64,000 bases of DNA from Psammoneis japonica (lineage: Eukaryota). Location: the NCBI GenBank assembly GCA_008632985.1, contig QPGO01000081.1, positions 1 through 64,000 on the forward strand, written 5' to 3'. The translations under genes were made by a program, and so were the position numbers. This document shows, piece after piece, positions 53,680 to 64,000 of the stretch; the first letter of the stretch is position 1; each line of letters begins with the position of its first letter. The notes below the pieces were generated by a model, which worked only from the letters and a program-made list of their open reading frames with translations, ran no database searches and was not told the origin of the DNA.

Positions 53680-55530
53680 AATTTGCGCAAAATTGTGGTT
53701 GACGATGTTCCGCTGTCGATGGGAACACGTAAATTCTTGTTTTTCTCCTTCCCAGCAAGGCCGCTGCAAAGGAGAGCATCGAGCAACGTGAGCGGGAACT
53801 GGCAGGGAAGATCGCCAAATTGGACCTAGACAGCACAGCTGCCACCCGTAAATCGGCAAAAATCATTCGGAACATGCAGAAGTCAGAAGAAACTGCCCGG
53901 TTGTTTCGCAAGATCAACGTGCAAGGCAAAACACAATGCAGGAGTCAATGGCGCACAGGTCCCTCGCAACCCGGCTGCCAATCCTAAAGAGTGCAAAGAT
54001 TGGATCACGATTGATGCCCCAGATGACGTTTCAGCAGCATTGTGTTCTTGGAATCAGCGACACTTTGGACAGGCACACGGCACACCTCCCACAGTTCCTC
54101 CCCTGTCTGTGGATCTCGGGTGCGAAGGTGACACGGTTGTGGCTGACCTGATCTTAGATGGAGAATGCGACACATCCTCTCTCAACAGCACCACTGCTCT
54201 GTTCATCCAACATCTCCGACGGCGTTCACCAGTGTCGGTGTCTAACTTCCTGACTGAATCGGATCTCAAAGGGAAACTCAAGGTGTGGAAAGAAACTGCA
54301 TCTGCTTCTGTTCTCGGGCCTTCATTTGGGACACTGGAAAGCAATGCAGCATCTCATTCTCATTCAGGCTCTGCTGCCCCCGAAGGTGACCCCACGCCTG
54401 AGTGCCAGCATTTGAATGAAGTTCAACAATGGCTGATTCGGATTCGTTTGAATTTGTTAAACCATGCTCTACGTTGGGGATGCTCGTTCAACAGGTGGAA
54501 GGACATTGTCAACGTCATGATTTTCAAAGAGCCGGGTGACAACAAGACACATGTCTCCGAGTTGTCCACATCTGCGAGGCAGATTTCCAGTTGATGTCCA
54601 GTGTGAAATGGAGAGTCTTGGCGCAGAACATGGAACACCGTCCCCTGCACAATCCAGGCATCTAGGACGTGTCCCTTTTTGAATGCTCACACACCGGTGT
54701 GCCTTGAGGAACTCATGCTTGAGATCAGCAGAGTCTCCCGGAAAACTGCGATTCACAGTGATGGAGATTGCACCTCATGCTGTGATCGCAACATTCCTGC
54801 TTTAACAGCACTCGAAAGCCGCAGCAACGGCATGCCCAAATCAGCAACTCAGACGGCAAACGCTGCTTTGCACGATGCAAGACACTGGCCAAAGACTGTT
54901 CTTGGCCTGTCAACATCATCTTGCTCCCACTCGGACGATTTCCCTGTCTGCGGCACTGGCCAGGGCAGCGGAAACTCACCCTTTTATTGGAGTCAAATTT
55001 GCAACAGCTCATTTTGGCTGTTTGACAGTCAAGCTCATGGGGCCTGCTTTGAAACTCCTGACAGGACTGTCTCAATGCGGATTCACACCAGAGGGCATGT
55101 TGACGACACTTCAAATCAAGTGAGTGCCTTTTGTGCTGATCCCCAACCAGATGCGCTGGACCTTGTCCCTCGAATGCAGCAAGACAATCAGTTGTGGTGC
55201 GACCTCCTGGACGCAGCAGGACATGAGCTGGAGCTTCCAAAGTGCTCGTTTCATGCTGTTGAATGGCATTTTGCTGCTGATGGCGAGCCGCACCTTCGGG
55301 CGTACAATGACGAGATTGACATTGAAGTGCACTCCGCCGACAGATCCACCAAAAGATCCAGCACCCAACTTTCTGCTTGCTCCTCCCACAAGACACTGGG
55401 CCACTGCAAATCTCCTGCAGGCACTCAGAAGACTCAGTGCAAAGCACTGAAAACAAAAGGGATGACATTTCTCTGTTTCTCCGGTCGTGTCCATTGGAAG
55501 ACTGTCATGAGGCATGGACTCACCATCAGA
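53680..55530 (+). pseudogene. Non-LTR retrotransposon RT fragment (Ambal-like)
   Basis: RWKDIVNVMIFKEPG, GTGQGSGNSP, GHVDD (=GYVDD), GHELELPKC, KTLG. Confidence 0.85.
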
Positions 55531-56565
55531 GTGCACGACATCGTAATGTCTGCATGCATGATAAAATTACATTGCTGTGTTGTGAAATTTAGTTGTCTGC
55601 ACATGACGGTTTTTGTTGTTTGGTTGATTGTCAATCTTCTGCTGTTCTTCATGTTTGAACACAGATGTTTTTTTAAAATTTTTGTGCTCTGCCTTTTTCA
55701 CAACAACTCACAATCTTTAACGACAAGCCAAACATTGCAATCACATGCAATGAAATTTTCATCATGTAAAGTGTGCACCAATTGTCCAATCAACAACTGT
55801 GCTCCAATTTGCCCAGTCGTCCGCATCATCCTCTTCATTCCACATGTCTTGTCCGCTCTCTTGCAAGAATTTCAAATGTGCCACTGCCGCATTGGATGTT
55901 TCCTCGTCACCGTTCCAAAAAAGCCACACTGCATTTTTTGCATTTGGGTGAACATCATCGAGAGGAAGAGGTCCCTCGAAACGCTGAATCGCATTGCTGC
56001 TCCCCTCTTGACGTCGTGTTGTTGGCTTCTTTTTCTCTTTCTTCATTTTGCCCGTCCTATTTTTCTCTTCCTTCCTCGTCTTGGCGCCGCCTGTTTTCAC
56101 CGTCTCCGCGTCCATCCATCCAAATCCTTCTTTTTCATCGATCCCGTTGCCGTCGCCTTCATCTCTTGTTGTTGTTGTTGTTTTTTCTGTTGGGTGTCAC
56201 TTTGTTTTGGATCCATGTTTCTGACTTCTCTCTGTGCTGTCTCCATTTTCGAATGTTTCTTTGTGATTGTTCGCATGCATCACTTGAAGGCACCCACGTG
56301 TTCTTCACGCACCTTAATGCGCATGTAGAAATCCATGTTCTTTTCCAGCACACACACCCTTTCTCCTGATGCTGTTCCACACAACATTTTCTTCCATCAA
56401 TTCTACACTCCACATTGCCCTTTCCCGGCACAATCTCACGTTGGATTTCCCTGGGAGAAGTCACACACGCGTCTGGTGGGTTTTTGTGTTTAAAACTCCA
56501 AATCCCACCACTCTGGCATGTTTCTGCAGAAACCAGAATTTTGTGACTGATGCACGACCAATCTG

Positions 56566-57585
56566 GTGAATGCAATGGTGGACCCACGACCACAACAATC
56601 AGAGCATCAGAAGAAAACCATGTCCGATGAACTCCTTCCATCCGCTGATGAGGATTTCCATCGCCGGATGATGGAGACAGTTGATGGTTTTGTTCACGCT
56701 GATGCTGCTCGTTGTTCGGAGGAACAGACAGCAAAGGATGCAAAGGCTGCTGTGTCAAGATCGGCAGAAGCAATGGCAGAAGCCCGTCGTGCCGTTGTGG
56801 CTGCAATGACCGCACTTGAGATTGCTTTGTTAAATCAAGCAACAACCACTCACGAATTTAAGCACATCTGTGCGCAGTGCATTAAGTCATCAATCGAGAC
56901 ACACTGTTCAGACAATGACTGCGTTGTTGCAGTGGAAAATTACAGCGAAGCAGAAATGAGTTTCCAACGCTTTCTTCACGGCAACGCATTTGACGCAAAA
57001 GAGCTGGGGCTCCCAATCTCCATTGCGGGACATCAAAAATCAGAGTTGAGGCTGCACATGCTGCACAGCTATGACTCGACGTTGCTTCTGAGAAGCCTCA
57101 GGGCAAATTCTGACCCAGATGCCACAAGAGCAGAGAGGAAGCAATCTGCGATTAACAGCATTGACAAATCCATCCACCGCCGTGCCGCGCAACTCCTTCA
57201 AAGGCGACATCTGTCACAGCCGCTGCGCATCCTGAAGGATGCAATCAAGTTGCTCCACTTGGCCCTCGAGGATTTGAGAAGGAAAGACGTTGCCTTGCAG
57301 CGACAGTGGCAAGCTTTGTGTGATCTGACGCTGGGCACAGATCAAATGCATGGAGGGATGTGGACCGCAATCCGGGCTGTGGACGAAGAAGCCGTGGCAA
57401 GAGAAAGGGTCCTGCAGTTTGCATTGCAAATCGAGGCACAATTGGTGGCTGTCAACCAGCCTGACCACAGCGCCATGTTTCAGCAGGCAATTGTGGAGGC
57501 CAGGGAACATTTCATCGTGCAGGATGACCAAATGGACCGTGCAAGTGGACACTGCATGGAATCTGTGAGGAAGCAATTGCTCTAA
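56566..57585 (+). pseudogene. Unknown helical ORF, TpA-depleted; probably an accessory ORF of the adjacent DNA transposon
   Basis: 339-aa frame convergent with the Plavaka-like transposase; no recognised domain. Confidence 0.35.
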
Positions 57586-57679
57586 AACTACACACATCTG
57601 ATGCATCGAGAGTTTCCTGTCGTGTCGGTCATCATGTTCGCAAGAAAGAGTTGGGAAATCACTGTGAGTGAATGTCAGA

Positions 57680-60600
57680 TTGATGCGCGCACCCCATTTT
57701 AGAAACAAACCTGACCAACACTTCCTTCTGTCCTGTGTGGCCCAAACAAATTGGGCCTTTTCTTGCGCTTCTGCTGCTCCTGGACATTCTTCACAAACCA
57801 AAACATTGTCCCCAATTGCTTCGACAGGGACAACACGTAACTTGGGTGAGTGCTGAGTCTTCTCAGGCGTTGAAATCCAGTTGTTTCGTTTGTGATCAAG
57901 CTGCCAGCGACTGACCAAGTCTGTGTGCTGATGCCGTTGCCTCACAGTTCTCTGGTCAGCTTGACAAGCAGTTGGGTGCACCACTGCAAAAATTGATCCT
58001 GTGTGTTCCTGTTTGAAGAAACATGGCAAACGGGAGGGAAACTGTTGATCGCCCTTTCGTGCGCCAAAGGTCACACAGGCAAAGTCATGCCATGGTCCTT
58101 CGCTTTTGCAGTCGGGGTGCGCACGGCACGTGTCCCTCCCGTTTGCATTGCAAAACTCTGTCTTACAAGTCAGGTGTGTATTTTCACTGTCTTCACCAAC
58201 ACAATCCTCCCACTTTTCCGACATGAAGTTCAGTGACACAGGGTGAACTTGGCAATGAGTGTGCAAGCTGTTCCACTCAAACGTCACAGCGCCGATCCCT
58301 CGGTTGCAGGTGAGAGTGAACGCACTTCCTCCCAGCGTGTCATTGTCCATCCTGACTCTTGATGATTCCTTTTTCCCAGTTGGCAAAATCCAACTGTCAG
58401 CTGAAATTGCGGCGTTGAGCCTCATTTGGTCCTCCATGCGTGACACGACCTGCTTCAGAAAACTGTCGAGGTTGCGTTGTTGTGCGGCAGATGAGGGCAG
58501 CTTGAAAAAGTCTTTCAAGAGACATTCCCCCAAGCCTGCGTCAAAGTTCATCGCATGTCAGTGACAACAAAGAAACACTGGGAGATGGAGTTTTCATGAA
58601 GCTTTTGAAGCTTCCACCCGCATCCTTCTGTTGCGGGACAAATTGCACTGTCTGGTCAATGAGGAGACGGATTTTCTTGTTTGTTTTCTGAATGGATGAA
58701 CTGGGAGTTGTGCTTGTGATGGGTGGATTGCCTGGCCTGTGCCATGCGTGGAAGACAAGAAGGTCCTCGAGCAATTGAATGAATTGCCGGACGCTGCAGC
58801 CAAGTCTTTTTCCCTTGTGTTTTTTCTTGTTTTGGTTGTCGTCACCATCCTCAGCCTCACTCTCCTCTTTCTCATCCTCATTGTTGTCCCAGCCACCCTC
58901 TTCGGACTCCTCCGACCTTTCATCGTCAGAGTCCAAGCACTCGCTAGGTTGGCAGCAACTCTCAAAGTTTGCTTTGGGTGTCTTGCGATTCTCTGGAACA
59001 ATGGGTTCGTCTGCGTCCTCGTCAAGGAAGCATGACTCACATGCGTTTCGTCCCTCGCTGGCCAAAAAGAGAAGGTAGAAAACAAAAGCCATTCCAGCCC
59101 AGTGGTGAGAGTTGAGGAAGGCAAGCAACATTGCTCCTCCTTTGAAGTTTGTTCGCAAAAAGGAGGCTTTGCAAGTTGACCGGTGATTGCTGAAAATCCT
59201 TTCCACTGTGCTGTCCACCTCACTTGCGACCACAGGTGTCATGCTGTCTACAAATGAATTGATTGCCCTTTTCAAGGTGCCGTTTTCAAAGAGATGCATC
59301 ATGTCGCTTGCTGTTGCAAGGGCAACGCCGCATGGTTGTGCGCCAAAGTCTGCCTCAAAAAGACAGTTGGCAGGTGCGTTGTGTTGCTTGAGGCAATGCA
59401 AGATGCCCAACCAGTGCTTCCTTTCTTGGTCTGATCTGTTGTCGTCGTTGGCCTTAGTTTGCACTTGGTGGAGATCCAGTCCTCGGACAAACTCGCATTC
59501 AATCCATGGGTCGTCGAGTTTGTTGAAGCCAGTGAGGCAAAAACGACAGCAACGTTGACGACAGTTGTGGACGCGTTCCAGACGTAGGTGGGAATCCGTG
59601 TGACATTGGGCCCGTAGAATTCTACGTGCGAGCTCCGTAGTAAAATTATACGGTAATTAGAATGTCAATGTTCGCCAACAGAAAATGAGGCAATTTTGCG
59701 AACGCACAAACTCGCACATGATTGAAGTACATCGATTTTTACTTAGCCAGTTACATTCTTCAGACATTGAAGAATGTAACTGGTGCATCATTGTTTCTAT
59801 AAATGCGTCATGTAAAACGTCTGGGGCTTCGCAAAACAGCAAGTCTGGACAATTTTTTTAAACATCACACGTAGAAATGTACGTGCGAAACACAAGACGG
59901 ATGATAAAAATTATTTGTGTCACACGTCAGTGCTGCGAGCTCCCACCTGTGGGGCTGGAACGCGTCTGTGACCTCCGCATCGTCCGACGAGACAGTTGCC
60001 GCTTTTTGCGTCTCCTGTGATCAGAACGATCAGTGGGATTACGTGGAGGTGTTGCATCTCATCCCCTCGTCGCACGCATGTTTTCATGCCTCCTTTTCTC
60101 ATGACTTCCAAAAGTGGCTCCAAAATGACACGCAAGCAAGTGTGGCAGTCTCTCAACGAGCATCCCTTCTCCGCCTTGCGATTGTTTGAGAGATTCTTTG
60201 CCGCAGATGACGACATCTTTTCCAAATCCGGGAGACAACCAAGTGGTTTCCAGACACTCTTGTCCGCCATTTGTTGAAGGCAACATGCGCAGAGGTCATG
60301 ATCACTGGTTCTCCGCAACATGATCCCATCCCTTGTGTCCCACCAGTCTTGTTGAGGTGAATGACATTGCACTCCAGAAATTGTTTCTCTGGGTCAGTCA
60401 TCCGTTCTTCGCAACTGCGCCTGTGCCACTCACCCGCCAAAAGGCATTTGTCATCCAGTCCCTTCGCTTTGCACTTCCCAAAAGGATTGTCTGGATCGGC
60501 CACATTCTCTCTGCTGCACCACAGGTGAGGATCAAGCAAAAACTGTTCCCAAACCTTTGCGAAATCCCATCTTGGCACTGACACTCGTTTTGGCATGCCG

Positions 60601-60680
60601 GTTTTGAAATTTTTGGTTTCTAGAGTGACAGGAATGGACTCGCTGGGTGGAAGAGGGAAATGCTTGGTTGAGGTGCGCAT
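57680..60680 (-). pseudogene. Plavaka/CACTA-related transposase remnant
   Basis: VIHLNKTG, PLIVLITGDAKSG..L, DMMHLFENG, GPWHDFACV; frameshifted and interrupted by a MITE. Confidence 0.65.
59570..59966. mobile_element. MITE, TpA-rich (little edited) copy
   Basis: TIR gacgcgttccag / ctggaacgcgtc; TSD TGTG. Confidence 0.95.
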
Positions 60681-60859
60681 CAACTCTTTTCTCCTTGGCA
60701 GAACTGCACCAAGCTCAATGTTGCTGTCACCAAAACAAAACCCAATGTCTGTGTTTTAAGTGCTGCTGCGCTTCCACCCTGCAACTCCAGCAACAAGCTA
60801 ACCCACACTCCCAGCACACAATGTGCGGCAGGAGTGTACAACAATTGGCCATCATCGGC

Positions 60860-63800
60860 ATTGCCTGAAGGCGATGCCGACCCAAAGCAGCTGGCAATGG
60901 AGCATGTGCCTTGCACGGCAAGCCGTTTGGCTTCCCACAGACTAGACTTGAACATGGGCTTTGCCATGGCCAACCAATTTCGCATCCGATGGGTGGAATG
61001 GGTCAAATGCTCTTCAACCGAATCAAGCAGTTGGAGCTTGTCTCTTGCCAAGCACTCATCCACTCTGGAATGTGTTTCTTGGACTTCGGCCTCCGCGTCA
61101 CGTCGTTGAGCAGATTTCTTTGTTTCAGAATCGTGTCCATGCACGGCATCATTGTGCATGTCCCACAATTCCCACCACTGTGACCAGATGAAACTGCCAA
61201 CAGTCGCCGCCCAATCAAGACGTTTCTCCCTGTTGGATGAAGTGTGACACACACCAGCAGCCAACAGGTGCGACCGCTGGGCCACATTCCACAAAGTGGA
61301 AAACCTGCCACTGAAAATGTGTTGCCATCCAATGCTTTCTTGGGACCAAAAAGTTGCATGTGTGCCACAATGAAATTCCTCAATGTGTGGCATTTCTTCA
61401 CGAAACCACCCTTCCAGAGAACACAAGAGCATGTCCCGCAAAGCCGGGGAGGCATTTGTGTCGTCGCATTTCTTTTGAAGACCTTGAAGAAATTTGCATC
61501 TCCATGCCTCATTGTGAGGGCAACGAAGGATGTGATCGCGGTCCTCCATCGGATGTTGACAATGGATGCAACAGTCGGGACGAGTGGGGTTGCACCTGTG
61601 CACGATTTTGTTTGTTGGAAGGAGATCTTGGACCAATTTGACAGTGCTCACCTTGCGCCGGATGTTCCTCGACACCAGTTTTGAATGCACTTGCCAATCG
61701 ATCAACTGAAACACAACGTCGGACCACCCACACTTCTCTTTCATGTGTTGCACAAGAGCTGGACTGGATGCCTCATGCCGAAGGATGGTCTTGAAATTTG
61801 AAGTCAAGGTGCCCGCTGGAATGTCAAGCAATGCAGAGCAATTGGGCATGCGGGGCACAATGGAGGCATCACCATCATGCTGGCCCTGGAATCCGGCAGC
61901 TGGCGTGTCTGCTCGAACATTCAATTTAGCGGGGAGAGATGAGTGTTGATGTGGAATGGAGTCGTCTTGGTGCCCTTTCACCCAGGAAAGCATCACTGGA
62001 GTGCCCTGCACGCCCTCACTCTGTGTGCTTGTAACTTTTGCAAAGAAATAAAAATTTCGTGAATGACACCCCAATCAGGAGCCAGGGTGTTGGAGACATG
62101 GTGCCTCAGGCGAAAATCCCGTTCACGGTGAGTCTCGTCCGCATCGTCGGGGTGTGGGGGCAGTGCCTCAAGTTCTGAACATTGCGGACAAAGGAAGAGT
62201 TGTCGCAGCGACACTCCATCCCAAGTGGAAAAGTCCAATTGCAAAATTTCATAACACAAAGAAGGAACAGCACCACTGAAAGGCAACCACAAGCCTCTGT
62301 GCGACACGAGAAGGACGAAATCCAAAGACTGGGCCTGCACAATCCGCCAGAAAAACTCCACCAACAGACAACGTCCAGCCAAAGGCACCATTGCACTGCA
62401 CCACCGAGCCATCGCTGCCAACCATTGCACGAGAGTCAGCCAATGTTTCCGCTAGTTCAAACACTGACACGTGCAGCGTCAAGTCTTGAAACAGGGCCGA
62501 TTCCCATTTGGGCAAAGAACGGACCCAAGCAACAAAATCACCCGGGACAGGGAGACACGGAGGAATGGATGCTTTAGAGAAAGATGATTGAAGATGCCAC
62601 TTTCCATCATTGGTGGTGTCGATCAAAACAGGAGATGCCGAAGGCGACAAGTCCGGAACAGTCTCTGGGTGCCTCAAAGATTCTGCGCATCCGTCTCGGA
62701 CGGGATGCACATTGCATCCGATGTCAGACCGGATGTGCAAAAACTGTTCGCTCGGTTCAAAGCAGGCCGGGAATTGCACGCGCATGTCGGCAGCAGCAAC
62801 AATCCATTGTCCCAATGGATGTTTCAGCGAACAAGTGTCATCCCTGCAAAACATGGTGCACGCTCGACACCACTGCTTCCAAGCTCTGGGAGACGGAGAC
62901 GGCTGCTCCACTGGGTTGTTCAATGAAAAACTGCTGAGGAGGGAGCGATCACCTGCCAATTTAAATGCATCAATGGATCGACCATCTGGAAGAGCAATGT
63001 CAGAAACCGTGAGCACATTGAGATGCAATCAACAGCAATTGATCCAGCGGATCTCTTTGTCAGAGAATTCACCAGACTCAAGTGCAACATAGAATTCACC
63101 AGACTCAAGTGCAACATCCATGATGCGCTGATCGTTGTCCCACTGAAGGGGCAACACACCCGCATCGTCCAAGTCGAGAGAGGCATTGGTCCGAGCCAGA
63201 AAAGATCGCAGAGACATGAACCATTTAGATTCGGAATGAGGCAGTTTGGAATGGACATCCACTGAAAAGCTGATGCCAGTGCCCAATTGAAACTGTGTCC
63301 AAGCCACCGTAATGCGTGACAAAACATTGGGTTGACCACTGCCGCACCAGTGCCGAACAAACTGCATGCATTGGGACATGCCTTGTTCCACGTCTAACGA
63401 CCGAAAACTGCCTCCACCAAGGGTACACGGACCAAAAAGCACGTCTCGTTTTGTGTTTCGGTTGTACCCGCACTTTGCAAAAATCGTCCGCATCGCTTTC
63501 CGCTGAACCTCCAACAATTCCTTTGGCAAGAAGTGAGCATTTGGGAGATTGTGAGACACAGACGACAAGCAGCAGACGAAGTGATGCATCCAAGCTTCGT
63601 GTCTGTCAAGAGGACACGCTCTAAGGAACAAAGCAATGTCATCGCTCTTCCTCTTTGACGCCAAGCATTGCATTTTCTGAGCACCAGCGGGAAACTTGCA
63701 GTGCCCTAAGGTCTTGTGAGATGAGTGAGCCGAAAGCTGGGTGCTGGACCTCTTGGCAGCACGGTCGGCGGAGAAAATTTCAATGTCAATTTCGTCATTA

Positions 63801-64000
63801 AAGGGGTGCAAGCAAGGTTCGCCATCCTCCGTGAAAATCCATTCGACAGCATGAAATGAGCATTTGGGAAGCTCCAGTTCGTGGCCAGCAGCATTGAGAA
63901 GGTCGCACCACATTTGGTTGTTGTTGCTGTTGCCATTGTGCCTCTCAATGAAATCAACAATGCAATCGCACAATTCCAGGGGAGCACCACGTGTGTCCAT
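60860..64000 (-). pseudogene. Non-LTR retrotransposon 3' part: RT end, RNase H, CCHC finger (Ambal-like)
   Basis: GHELELPKC (homologous to 55200ff), SDGSV..GAFGW, WVKGHQD, LNVRAD, CIHC..EDRDHILRC. Confidence 0.85.

Overview
Eukaryotic, most likely diatom, genomic DNA. Two islands of intact single-copy genes (an REase-like+kinase gene at 6848-9191; VPS15 at 38503-43698 plus a convergent unknown ORF) sit among nested transposon relics. These include diatom CoDi-type Ty1/copia elements with LTRs and TSDs, a ~390-bp MITE family with 4-bp TSDs, RNase H-bearing LINEs, a Plavaka/CACTA-like transposase and a Gypsy fragment. The main signal is that TpA has been almost erased from every repeat class by TA->TG and TA->CA transitions (A->G on either strand in 5'-TA context), while the genes have normal TpA. 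Sister TE copies carry His in one and Cys in the other at the same conserved Tyr. This looks like a repeat-targeted DNA hypermutation process running opposite to fungal RIP. It also explains why the ORF track is full of long Tyr-poor, Cys/His-rich spurious ORFs.
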